This document shows positions 28,684 to 37,969 of a stretch of DNA of 64,000 nucleotides, one piece after another. The first letter of the stretch is position 1; every line of letters starts with the position of its first letter. A program made the translations under genes and the position numbers. The notes under the pieces are model-generated. The model did no database searches. It had not been told where the DNA came from and worked only from the letters and a program-made list of their open reading frames with translations. The stretch is from a virus, in the IMG/VR virus record IMGVR_UViG_3300044957_000619; one strand, given 5' to 3'.

Positions 28684-29943
28684 TTAAAATGTAAAGAATT
28701 TATTAAAATTTTCTGCATCAGTGGTTGATATACTGCTACCACCGAATTTTTTATATGTTTTGATGTATTTTTCATATACTTGAGGAGCCGAGTCTGGATC
28801 AGCAAACATTTCATGCAAAGACAAAATTACATCATATAAAGCTCTTGGTATTACTGTTTCTAACAATTCAACGTGACTATCAACCATTTGATTGATTTCA
28901 TTTGCTGCTTGTACATACAAATGCGTATTGTGAACTACCATTCTTGGCATTGCTTCTTGCGAAAAACGATCCAGGCCATCTGCTGTTTTACCACCTAATA
29001 ATTCATAGGTAAAATCTGCACAAGCAGGGCATCCCATTGCACAAGGAACATGTTGTGTTAAATCGATTGCAACTTCTCCGGTTTTACCTTGTTTGATGTG
29101 TGCCTTTCTTCGATATTCAGCATTCTTTGGAAAATACAATTCAGAAAATGTTTGTGACTTGTAATTTGTTGAATGAAGATATGTTCCAAATACTGGATAT
29201 TGACCTGGAGATGAAGAATCCGTTGTAATATAAATTCTATTGCCCGTTAACGCATTCATTAACTTTTGCAATGTAGCCAAAATAAAGAAATCTGAAATTT
29301 TACTAATTCCAAGCAAGTGAACATATTCTAATCGTTTATTTTCAAACTCTCGTTCTTTAAGCATCAAAGAAACCGCAAACATAAAATCAACTAATTTCTG
29401 CGGCCCGCCAATAGCCCAACCTTGAAAATCAAAATGCTTGAATTTATGATACCACCAAGTATATTCATCTGCATTTGAACCTTGCAACATGTTCAAGAAT
29501 TTTGTCTTGCCACTTTGATGTTTTTCAAACCAAGCAAAATTATCAAAGCTAATGTCAGCACATAGTGCAAATTGATTTTTATATTTTGTTTTAGGTGGGA
29601 TATCTAAGTTAGCTGCAACATCGCTGTTTGCTTCTAACCAATAAAAAATCTTTTCTCGTAATTCATTGCTATATGGTAATGCACCAGTTGCAATCTGATA
29701 ACCACCCGAGTCACCAAATACTAGCACATCTTTTTCTAATCCCAATTGATCTCGAAAATCCATTTTCTTGTAATGATGTCCGGCCGTCACCAAAAAATAT
29801 GGATGACGCCATTCTGCAGGATATCTAGAATCAAAGAATTTTACCGGCACGCCGCTTATAAACTTCATATCTTTCTTGAATGCAGACACCATACTGCCTG
29901 CAGACAAAGATGGAAAGTATATGAATCTTTTATTTTCGCTCAT
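28684..29943 (-). CDS. dpdA: 7-deazaguanine DNA transglycosylase (TGT-like)
   Basis: DSGGYQ, LDIPP, HLLG, TDSSS, CxxxCxxC...HN zinc site; clustered with folE/queD/queE. Confidence 0.8.
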   Translation of the reverse strand: MSENKRFIYFPSLSAGSMVSAFKKDMKFISGVPVKFFDSRYPAEWRHPYFLVTAGHHYKKMDFRDQLGLEKDVLVFGDSGGYQIATGALPYSNELREKIFYWLEANSDVAANLDIPPKTKYKNQFALCADISFDNFAWFEKHQSGKTKFLNMLQGSNADEYTWWYHKFKHFDFQGWAIGGPQKLVDFMFAVSLMLKEREFENKRLEYVHLLGISKISDFFILATLQKLMNALTGNRIYITTDSSSPGQYPVFGTYLHSTNYKSQTFSELYFPKNAEYRRKAHIKQGKTGEVAIDLTQHVPCAMGCPACADFTYELLGGKTADGLDRFSQEAMPRMVVHNTHLYVQAANEINQMVDSHVELLETVIPRALYDVILSLHEMFADPDSAPQVYEKYIKTYKKFGGSSISTTDAENFNKFFTF

Positions 29944-30958
29944 CGTAGTCCTTTAAAGTATTAATCAATTTAGTTGCTGAAAAAAAGTTACTATGTAATT
30001 TTATTGCTAGTCGTGCAACATGTTCCGTTAAATCTTGTTGTTCGTATTGCAAAATTGCCTTTACTGCAGAATCAACGCTGTCTGCTTGTTTAAACATTGG
30101 TTCATACATTTCTACATATGATAATCGATTTGGAACTATAGGACAAGCTCCAGCACATGCAGATTCATACATTGAAATGCCCAACGTTTCTTGATCTGCA
30201 AATGATACTGCAAATCGTGCACGTTGAAGCAATTCGTGATATTCTCGTTTAGATAAATTCATTTCCATTGCAACACAAAATTGATAATGTGCTAGTTCGG
30301 GCCGTGCAGCTAATTCTAGAAATAAATCTAAACGTTTTTCGGGTGCAATGCGATGCGGAAACACAATGATGTTTTCTTTTTGTGACCAAAGTCTCGGCGT
30401 AATCATATTGTGAGTATATTCCATGGGCCAACCTGTTTTGTTAAAAGATCTGTCATGTGAAATATAATATGTTTTACTCATTAGTTTAAAATGTGCTGCA
30501 GTTGCAATCCAATTATGATCATATGCTGCAATCATGGCCTGTTCAGCGTGTCTAATCCATGGTTTATCTCCTACGAGACGACCTAAAAAATCATTTGGGT
30601 CATATGAACCCGCGTGCCAAAGTCCGTGCGTTATAACGGGAATATTTAAAAGTTCACTCATGTATTTTACATTGATAATACCTGGATGCCACGCATCTGT
30701 AAAAATAATATGATCGCCTGGCAGTATATGTGCGTGAGTAAATAATTCTGCTAACTTATGAATTTGAGTTGATTTGTACATATTGGTGCCACCAAAATTC
30801 AAAAATGCACCTGTAGTAGCTGCCTCTGGAATTGTTAAATCGCCTTGGATAACTTCTACATCGAAGCCATTATCTCTAAGCAATTGCGGCACGTGCCATT
30901 TCCATTCGCACGTATACCGAGTTGGTACTGATTCTATGTCTACTAAAAATATTCTCAT
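29930..30958 (-). CDS. GT-B fold glycosyltransferase
   Basis: HRIAPEK, QETLGISMYE, PNRLSY.E; likely start MRIFLVD. Confidence 0.75.
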   Translation of the reverse strand: MRIFLVDIESVPTRYTCEWKWHVPQLLRDNGFDVEVIQGDLTIPEAATTGAFLNFGGTNMYKSTQIHKLAELFTHAHILPGDHIIFTDAWHPGIINVKYMSELLNIPVITHGLWHAGSYDPNDFLGRLVGDKPWIRHAEQAMIAAYDHNWIATAAHFKLMSKTYYISHDRSFNKTGWPMEYTHNMITPRLWSQKENIIVFPHRIAPEKRLDLFLELAARPELAHYQFCVAMEMNLSKREYHELLQRARFAVSFADQETLGISMYESACAGACPIVPNRLSYVEMYEPMFKQADSVDSAVKAILQYEQQDLTEHVARLAIKLHSNFFSATKLINTLKDYDERK

Positions 30959-31314
30959 GCTTTTGATTTTTTTATGCACGCACCATTTTCCCAATCTTCC
31001 CAAACTTCTACTTTGTAAAGAGACGGAAATGATTCTAATAACCATTCTCCAATTGCTTCGCAAGACATTGACCCGAATTCTAATACATTTGGTATGTTGC
31101 TACCAAATTCAATTCGAAGTCCTTTTTGTATTTTACGATTCAATAAAATAAATTCTTCATCGCGATCTGTATGCGTTACTCGTGCATAACAACGAAAGCC
31201 AAACATGTGACGATGTCTATCTGATAAAAATGCTACTTCTGGAAAAACATCTTTGGCATCGGGCCAACAATGGAATCCTTCAATGCTAAAACTAACCATA
31301 ATACTATATTTCAT
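30955..31314 (-). CDS. dpdL: QueD-like T-fold protein, putative CDG decarboxylase (DpdL)
   Basis: EGFHCW, LSDRHRHMF (LxxxHRHxF), SCE, VWEDWENG. Confidence 0.7.
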   Translation of the reverse strand: MKYSIMVSFSIEGFHCWPDAKDVFPEVAFLSDRHRHMFGFRCYARVTHTDRDEEFILLNRKIQKGLRIEFGSNIPNVLEFGSMSCEAIGEWLLESFPSLYKVEVWEDWENGACIKKSKA

Positions 31315-31976
31315 ACTTTATTTTTATTTTGTTGACGTTTTGTTTGAGCTGCACTCATTTTAGCTATAGTATCTTTTGAAAATACTCTACCTTTCAATGT
31401 TGCACTAGTTTTTTGTCTTGTTTCTATAGAAGGTATTTTACCTAAATGCGCTTGTCTATTTTTTTCTTTTGCATCTTCCGAATGAGTTTTATCTTTCATC
31501 GGAGACGGTTTACCTAAATGCGCTTGTCTATTTTTTTCTTTACTTTCGTTAGAATGGTTTCTTAATTTACTAGCAGCTCCAATTTTTTGTTTATGTTCTT
31601 TAGATAATATACGGTTACTCATTTTTGTAGAAAACATTTCTATACGGTTACTCATTTTTGTAGAAAACATTTCTTTTAACTGAGCATATTCTCTCGAACT
31701 AATAATATAATCTCGTTCTTGATATTGATTTTTTATATTAATCATCATATAATAAGCAAAAAATAAATTATTATCTAATGGATATAAGTAATGCAATAAC
31801 TTATGTGCTATATAATGTTCTCGTGCTGTAAGTAATACTAAATTAGTTTTTATATCACTTCCGCCTATACATTTTGGAACAATATGATGTTGTTCAAAAT
31901 ATACGCCACAACCTTTTTGTCGATTTTCGGATTGTGCTTGTTCTATTAGTTGATTATATATTTTTTGATAATTCAT
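31311..31976 (-). CDS. free-standing HNH homing endonuclease with NUMOD3 repeats
   Basis: MNYQKIYNQL, HHIVPKCIGG, LTAREHYIAH, HS.E.KEK repeats. Confidence 0.85.
   Translation of the reverse strand: MNYQKIYNQLIEQAQSENRQKGCGVYFEQHHIVPKCIGGSDIKTNLVLLTAREHYIAHKLLHYLYPLDNNLFFAYYMMINIKNQYQERDYIISSREYAQLKEMFSTKMSNRIEMFSTKMSNRILSKEHKQKIGAASKLRNHSNESKEKNRQAHLGKPSPMKDKTHSEDAKEKNRQAHLGKIPSIETRQKTSATLKGRVFSKDTIAKMSAAQTKRQQNKNKV
31608..31673. repeat. perfect 33 bp tandem duplication inside the HNH gene
   Basis: tatacggttactcatttttgtagaaaacatttc x2, encoding EMFSTKMSNRI twice. Confidence 0.9.
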
Positions 31977-32388
31977 TTACTTTATCTGCTATTAATTTTT
32001 TATATTTAGTTGTTGACCAACCATGGTCTCTGTTTAAGTATCGAATTGGAAGATCTAAATCATCGCCGGTAAATGACTTACCAACATAATCATCGCCCAA
32101 ATAACGAACATATTCAGCTGATTGGTTACCGGCAAATTGCTTTAATTTATAATGCAATTCTGATTCTAATGTATATGGAATAACATGATTAACGTGTCGC
32201 AATGCAATCAACATCTCCGTTCTATCTTTAACTGAAAGAATGGGTTTCATTTTTTCGGGACGTTCAACGGTTGGATCGGTTTGAAGCAATACCCATATTT
32301 GATCACATTCGTCTTGCATTTGTTCAAACATTGCAATGTAACCTGGATGCAATACATCAAAGCTACCAGCAATAAGTCCTATCTTCAT
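31954..32388 (-). CDS. cytidylyltransferase (TagD/HIGH family)
   Basis: GSFDVLHPGY, K..PI.S, LGDDY, RDHGWSTT. Confidence 0.85.
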   Translation of the reverse strand: MKIGLIAGSFDVLHPGYIAMFEQMQDECDQIWVLLQTDPTVERPEKMKPILSVKDRTEMLIALRHVNHVIPYTLESELHYKLKQFAGNQSAEYVRYLGDDYVGKSFTGDDLDLPIRYLNRDHGWSTTKYKKLIADKVNELSKNI

Positions 32389-32807
32389 TGTCTATCAAAT
32401 TTATAGTCATCTAAAGTAACATGTTGCATATTGTGCACGGTTGTACAATACAAAGAATAATCTGCATATACAACTTTGATGCTATCTGTTTTCTTTAACA
32501 ATGCAGCATCTTCACAATCCAACATCAATAAAATGTGTGCTCGAATTCTAATCATTGGCGGAATATGTTTTAGCATACCTGGAGTAACTTCTATAGTAAC
32601 AAATGTAGTATCCGTTATCATATCGAATATTGAACTCCATGCTTTCCGATCAACTAATTGCTTTGTTGCGGGCGAACAAATATAAATGTGCGCACAAGGA
32701 GTTAATTTTTCATATGTTGCTTTCATATCTGCAATGAATAGCGTTTCGATATCGGTAAATCGTCCTTCAACTTCTTTACCATACCAATGTGTCTTATAAC
32801 CAATCAT
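32385..32807 (-). CDS. conserved hypothetical protein
   Basis: WYGKEVEG...TLF...HIY; first gene after a promoter, upstream of the dpd genes. Confidence 0.6.
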   Translation of the reverse strand: MIGYKTHWYGKEVEGRFTDIETLFIADMKATYEKLTPCAHIYICSPATKQLVDRKAWSSIFDMITDTTFVTIEVTPGMLKHIPPMIRIRAHILLMLDCEDAALLKKTDSIKVVYADYSLYCTTVHNMQHVTLDDYKFDRQ

Positions 32808-32812
32808 ACTTT

Positions 32813-32841
32813 ATTATAATAAATTTATTCTTGTTTTCCAA
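32813..32841 (-). promoter_or_regulatory. class A promoter TTGGAA-N17-TATAAT upstream of the dpd operon
   Basis: exact 17 nt spacer; ATG 5 nt downstream. Confidence 0.75.
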
Positions 32842-35350
32842 ATGAAAAGAACTTTGCTACTGAATTATTTTCTGGAAATGCACCCCAATTCATTGCAGCA
32901 TAAAAATCATCCAATTTGTTTTTTAATTCTTTTTCAAATATTTTGTTTCGGTCTATGTATTGCGTAACAAACTCTTCAATTTCTTTTGGGTCTTGATAAC
33001 CACGCAATGCCATTGTATCAAATCCATATGGATTATCTGATAAGTATGCCCATTTAACCTTTTCTCCATTTTGAATAGGTTGAACATCTCTAATACCGTG
33101 CATTGATAACAAATCATTGAAATTGATTGCTGACTTAACATGTGCTGGAGTACCCGATGAGTATCCCGTAAATGGTTTGCGACCTTTAGTAAATTTTGAT
33201 ATTTCTTTGACACCTGAATTCTTCATTACATTGAGTACTGGTGATTTCTTGAGGTTGTTTTTAAATTTATGAATCATATCCGTTGTAGCAGTTTTGTCTC
33301 GTTCTTTAAGAATGTGCCACAATGTTTCTTTCATGATTTTTTTGAAATCTTCTGGAAATGATGATCTAACAACATCCAATCCTTTGATATCTAATTTATC
33401 CGTAGGTTTGCCTTCTTTGAAAATTACCCATTGTGCATATCGTTTCTTTGCGATCCATAAACCAGATTTGGCAACATATTCTTGTTTGATTTGCCAACGG
33501 TGTGATGTGGTATTATGGAATACTTCAGCATATCGGTCATACATTTGATTTACTAATGCTTGTACTTCTGATGCAATTGCATTGGTTTGTGCAATCATAA
33601 ATTGTTCATCCGATTCATCATATCTAGAAAAACGTTTTGCAATAAGTGGCAAGCTAGATACAAATGTTGAATCTGTATCTGTATAAAAAGCAAATTCTGC
33701 TTTGCCGTTGGTTGCATTAACAAAATGATCTTGTCCTGTTTCTTTTGCATAATGATTGTTAATAACCTTTGCTGAAAATTTAATTACGCTTTGGCCAGTT
33801 GCTGTAATTGCACCTGCATTATCTAAATCGTGAAAACGAAATGTTTTAAGTCCTAATACTCCATAAAATGAATTAAGCAATACTTTTTGCGTTAATTGCA
33901 TTGCATCATAAAATTTATATTCTTCAGAACCTTCTTCATATTCATCTCGTTTGTCTTTAAATTCAACTCGTTCATTAAACCATTTTTCTAGAATAGCTGG
34001 TAAAAATCCACGTCGGTCATTTCGATAAACTGTGCCATTACTTGCAACGGTTAAATTGTTATCTTGCAACCACGTTTTAACATCTTGTGTATATGTACCA
34101 TCTGTAAATTTTACTTGCTGCGGATCTGATTTCAATAAACATTCTTGGTCCCAATTTTGAATTACGCCCAATTTAGTTTCTGGTGAAATATTCAAACTCA
34201 TAATGATGCTTGGATATAATGAAGTTAAATCCAAGTCATATATCCATTTATATAATCCAGGCACCGGATCTTTTACATATGCTCCTTCTAGTGCATCTGC
34301 TTCTGTTTCTTCTTCTACAAATCTAAATTGTTTGTTAGGAGCAACCAATCCATTGCGTTTTAAATCTACAATGGCAGCACCATCCAGGTATTTAGATGCA
34401 TAATATACATCTTCATATGGAACGTGCCCTTTATGGCATATGGTTCTTGCAAGTGCAATTAATTGCAGTTTATCATCCATTTCATAAATAAGATCAACGT
34501 CGGTAACGTTATATTCTACAAATTTATGAATGTCATCTGCAAACAATTGATCTAAATCTCCTTCATATTCAACCTTACCTCTACCCAATTCTTTTTTGGC
34601 AACTGTATCTAATCGATAATTTGGTAATTCGGTATATGTAAACTTTTTATACAATGTCAAATAGTCTAAACTAGATATGCCAAATATTTTATATCGACCT
34701 CTGTTTTTATTCCATTCGACAATGCCTGCTGGAGATAATTTTTTAATTGCTTGTGCACCTAATACCTTTTTGATGCGATTGATAAGATATGGAATATCGA
34801 AATTATCTGTATTCCATCCTGTAATTACAGTGGGTTGTATTTCTGCAAATGCATTGATAAAACGCATCAACATGTTTGCTTCTGAATCAAATATTTCTAC
34901 TTGATATTTATTAGTAGCAAATGCATCATGTTTCACTCTTCTTTCTTCATCTAACAGCAAAACTTGCATGGTACGCCCAGCTTTATCATAATATGCAATG
35001 GACGTTATTCGCAAACGAGCTTCTTCAGGAGTCGAATACCCATCTTCGTCCCGTTCTACTTCGATATCAAAGAAAAAGTCTTTATGCCCTTTCGAAACTA
35101 AATCGCTTTCGTAATAAAGGTCAATAAGCGTACGCATTTCTTCATTTAAATCAGATTCATATGCATTTGGATTATCTTTCCAATTGCCATCTACCCGATC
35201 TAAACGAACGCCATCCAATGACTGATATTGTCCCGTATCTGATGGTAAGTATGCATATGGTTTGAATGGGAACTTTTGATGCCCCAATTCATCATCGAAA
35301 ATGTGCATAATACCAGTTTTTTTATCGTAACCTATTGCTTGATATGCCAT
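32825..35350 (-). CDS. DNA polymerase family B
   Basis: DIE exonuclease I, GWN.DNFD, DLTSLYPS, KVLLNSFYG, YTDTDS, KKRY. Confidence 0.95.
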   Translation of the reverse strand: MAYQAIGYDKKTGIMHIFDDELGHQKFPFKPYAYLPSDTGQYQSLDGVRLDRVDGNWKDNPNAYESDLNEEMRTLIDLYYESDLVSKGHKDFFFDIEVERDEDGYSTPEEARLRITSIAYYDKAGRTMQVLLLDEERRVKHDAFATNKYQVEIFDSEANMLMRFINAFAEIQPTVITGWNTDNFDIPYLINRIKKVLGAQAIKKLSPAGIVEWNKNRGRYKIFGISSLDYLTLYKKFTYTELPNYRLDTVAKKELGRGKVEYEGDLDQLFADDIHKFVEYNVTDVDLIYEMDDKLQLIALARTICHKGHVPYEDVYYASKYLDGAAIVDLKRNGLVAPNKQFRFVEEETEADALEGAYVKDPVPGLYKWIYDLDLTSLYPSIIMSLNISPETKLGVIQNWDQECLLKSDPQQVKFTDGTYTQDVKTWLQDNNLTVASNGTVYRNDRRGFLPAILEKWFNERVEFKDKRDEYEEGSEEYKFYDAMQLTQKVLLNSFYGVLGLKTFRFHDLDNAGAITATGQSVIKFSAKVINNHYAKETGQDHFVNATNGKAEFAFYTDTDSTFVSSLPLIAKRFSRYDESDEQFMIAQTNAIASEVQALVNQMYDRYAEVFHNTTSHRWQIKQEYVAKSGLWIAKKRYAQWVIFKEGKPTDKLDIKGLDVVRSSFPEDFKKIMKETLWHILKERDKTATTDMIHKFKNNLKKSPVLNVMKNSGVKEISKFTKGRKPFTGYSSGTPAHVKSAINFNDLLSMHGIRDVQPIQNGEKVKWAYLSDNPYGFDTMALRGYQDPKEIEEFVTQYIDRNKIFEKELKNKLDDFYAAMNWGAFPENNSVAKFFSFGKQE

Positions 35351-35859
35351 TAATTAACCTTGTATATATCTTGTAATTCACGATTTAAACCCAAATCGTC
35401 ATCTAATCCATATCCAACTACCCATTCATTGCCAATTTCAAATCCACAATAGTTAGTTAAATCAACTCCACCTCGTCGCTTTAATAATGTAACAACTTTA
35501 ACTGCAGTCAGGCCAAGACTGTTTACCATAAACATCATTTCCATAATGCTAGCACCCGAATCGCAAATATCATCTACAATATAAACTCGTTTGCCTCGCA
35601 AATCTATTTCTAATGATTTAGTAATTAATACGCCCCCAGAATTATCTCGTTTGTCATATGATTTTAATCTTACGAAGTCAATTTCATGATTGATGGTCAT
35701 CGCTCGACTTAAATCTGAAAAGAAATGCATTGCTCCGTTAAGAACACAAATCAATACTGGGGGCAATGTTGCTCCCGATTCTTTATGATCCTGTGAAATT
35801 GCATCTGCTAATTCTTTGATGCGTTGTTGTATTTGTTGTTGTGTTATGATTTTTTCCAT
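35350..35859 (-). CDS. hpt: hypoxanthine/guanine phosphoribosyltransferase
   Basis: VLNGA, VYIVDDICDSG PRPP loop, WVVGYGLD. Confidence 0.9.
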   Translation of the reverse strand: MEKIITQQQIQQRIKELADAISQDHKESGATLPPVLICVLNGAMHFFSDLSRAMTINHEIDFVRLKSYDKRDNSGGVLITKSLEIDLRGKRVYIVDDICDSGASIMEMMFMVNSLGLTAVKVVTLLKRRGGVDLTNYCGFEIGNEWVVGYGLDDDLGLNRELQDIYKVN

Positions 35860-36065
35860 ATTCTATAAATTCCGTAAACATTGATTGCAATTATAACTAA
35901 ACTTAAAACTAGATGACTGTAATTGTCAATGAAAAAATCATATGTAATCCAACCAGTATCTCCAATGATCCATGTAACCATTGCGGCTTTTGTCCAGCCC
36001 CTTGCGTTTGAAAAGTACCCAGCCAATACTAAAGCTGTACTAATCCATCCTAAACATTCTATCAT
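35844..36065 (-). CDS. small three-TM membrane protein (PnuC-half-like)
   Basis: LGWI...WIIGD.GWI...NVYGIY. Confidence 0.55.
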   Translation of the reverse strand: MIECLGWISTALVLAGYFSNARGWTKAAMVTWIIGDTGWITYDFFIDNYSHLVLSLVIIAINVYGIYRIWKKS

Positions 36066-36358
36066 TATTTTTTAATTAAAGCAATTTCAGATTCTCTAAC
36101 CAAATGATATTTTTCTCCAGCAATTGAAACTTCTTTATGATCTCCAATTTGGTTGGAATGAATCATAACTTCATCACCTTCTGCAACAGTCATTGGAATT
36201 CTATCTCCAGTTTGTGTAAAAAGACCTGGTCCTGTTTTTACAACATCTGCATAGCGATAATCATCTGTACCTGTCATAATGATAATGCCACTTGTTGTTT
36301 TGTCTGTTTTTTCGTGTAATTTTAATAACACTTGATCTCCGGTTGGTAACCAATTCAT
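36065..36358 (-). CDS. groES: co-chaperonin GroES
   Basis: PTGDQVL, KTTSGII, GPG, VRESEI. Confidence 0.9.
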   Translation of the reverse strand: MNWLPTGDQVLLKLHEKTDKTTSGIIIMTGTDDYRYADVVKTGPGLFTQTGDRIPMTVAEGDEVMIHSNQIGDHKEVSIAGEKYHLVRESEIALIKK

Positions 36359-36372
36359 AACTTATTCCTTTT

Positions 36373-36618
36373 TTAATTATACATATTTCTAATTGCATCT
36401 TCCGTAATATTGCTACCTACGATGCGTCCAATGCCATAATCATTCATCGTAATGATTATGCAAGGTACACTCTTAACACCAAATTTGTCGCATGTTGCTT
36501 TGTTCGTATCAACATCAATGATTTGTATAGGAAGTTCTGCAGATAATTTTTCTATTCTCGGTCTTAGTGCTTTGCATGGTTCGCACCACGAAGCCGTAAA
36601 ATAAAGTATTTTTTTCAT
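36373..36618 (-). CDS. thioredoxin
   Basis: FTASWCEPCK, VKSVP. Confidence 0.9.
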   Translation of the reverse strand: MKKILYFTASWCEPCKALRPRIEKLSAELPIQIIDVDTNKATCDKFGVKSVPCIIITMNDYGIGRIVGSNITEDAIRNMYN

Positions 36619-36674
36619 CGTATTTCATATATTATTTTAACGTCGCCAAACGTTGTTGTGATTGTCCAATTCAT
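36615..36674 (-). CDS. 19 aa mini-ORF (not in ORF track)
   Basis: MNWTITTTFGDVKIIYEIR*, with ATGA overlaps at both ends. Confidence 0.4.
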   Translation of the reverse strand: MNWTITTTFGDVKIIYEIR

Positions 36675-36832
36675 TTTTCTTCCAATTGATGTATTAAAAA
36701 TCGTAATCTATTAATTTCGGCAATTACATCATTGCCCAATTCTATTTTAGACATTGCAGATAAATCCATTACTTGCGATTCTAAAACTTTGATTAGTTCC
36801 TGCTGCGTTTCTATTAATTTGTCTTTATTCAT
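36671..36832 (-). CDS. 53 aa hypothetical coiled-coil protein (not in ORF track)
   Basis: manual translation MNKDKLIETQQELIKVLESQ...QLEEK*; start overlaps the queE stop. Confidence 0.55.
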   Translation of the reverse strand: MNKDKLIETQQELIKVLESQVMDLSAMSKIELGNDVIAEINRLRFLIHQLEEK

Positions 36833-37617
36833 TATACTCCTCGTTTAGTGTCAAATGCAATGATATGGTCTCGTCCCGTCATGTTGTATCCGCGCTCTGC
36901 ACACATTTCGAAAACTACAGGATACATATGTATCAATTCTTGCCGAGTATCACCTGCAGGCATGATAAATGTTTTTTCTTTTGGAATACCTAACTCTACT
37001 CTAAAGTTTTCTATTTCTTGCAAGTTTTCTTCTGTACCATCCCATACTGGCTTGTAATGATAATCTGCATGAAACGCAATCATTTGTTTGATTGCTTCTC
37101 GATTAAGACGAAATTTATTATGTTGCGCCACCATTTTCTCATCTGTAATCGTCCCTTGCGGCGTAGCAACACCCACAACGGGAACACTGTTACTAAACTT
37201 AGGGCTAAGACTAACCAAGCCAATAGGATAATCAGTATCGATAAAATGTGATCCTTCTGTTTCAATCGTGATAAGAATGTTTCTTTCATGTGCAAAATGC
37301 GTTAATTCATTTACCAAAGCCGGATGCATTGTTGGTGCGCCGCCAGTTAACATCATTTCTTTAATGTGAGGATTTTCATCATATATAGCAATGATATCGT
37401 TAAAGGTAAATGTTCCTTTTTCTGGATGTATACTTGTGTACCAAGAATCGCACCAACCACCTTCTCCAAAGAAGCATCTATGTGTGCAACCCGTAGTTCG
37501 CACTGCTATTGTTGGTCTGCCAAAGCGTGACCCTTCGCTTTGCACGCATCGATACAATTCTACTATAGGCAATGTTTTTGTGTAATCTGTTATTCTTTTA
37601 GAATGGGAGGTCGTCAT
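36832..37617 (-). CDS. queE: 7-carboxy-7-deazaguanine synthase (radical SAM)
   Basis: E.Y.CVQSEG..G.P..AVR..GC, LTGG.P, IETEGS, SLSPK. Confidence 0.85.
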   Translation of the reverse strand: MTTSHSKRITDYTKTLPIVELYRCVQSEGSRFGRPTIAVRTTGCTHRCFFGEGGWCDSWYTSIHPEKGTFTFNDIIAIYDENPHIKEMMLTGGAPTMHPALVNELTHFAHERNILITIETEGSHFIDTDYPIGLVSLSPKFSNSVPVVGVATPQGTITDEKMVAQHNKFRLNREAIKQMIAFHADYHYKPVWDGTEENLQEIENFRVELGIPKEKTFIMPAGDTRQELIHMYPVVFEMCAERGYNMTGRDHIIAFDTKRGV

Positions 37618-37969
37618 CGTAGTACTCATTACTATTGGTAACATTGTTTTCTAATTTATTTAATAAAGTTTCAAATTTAGATTCTAAATCTTCAAGCTGT
37701 TGATATATTTCTATTAATGCAGATCGTCTTACAATTGGCGTTAAATCCATTTCAGGTTTAGTTGCAAAGTATTCATCTAAAAATGATACGGGATATAATT
37801 GCACTTGATTGTATTCTGGTTTTTGAACTTCTTTTGGTAGCATTCTCCATTTAATCTCAACGCCTCGTTTAATAGCTTCAGCTGTTACTTCTCGACCAAT
37901 GTTCGATCCGCCAGAACTTTTACCTAAATATTCAAAAAGCGATAAATATGTTTCTTCATTATTCTTCAT
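37598..37969 (-). CDS. hypothetical protein
   Basis: YLSLFEYLGK...LYP.SFL.EYF. Confidence 0.55.
   Translation of the reverse strand: MKNNEETYLSLFEYLGKSSGGSNIGREVTAEAIKRGVEIKWRMLPKEVQKPEYNQVQLYPVSFLDEYFATKPEMDLTPIVRRSALIEIYQQLEDLESKFETLLNKLENNVTNSNEYYDDDLPF

Noticed and set aside
28684-29943. TGT-like gene as a tRNA queuosine enzyme (auxiliary metabolic gene)
   Set aside because: It is divergent from bacterial Tgt, sits among replication genes with folE/queD/queE/dpdL, and no queA/queF/queG is seen, which fits DNA modification better.
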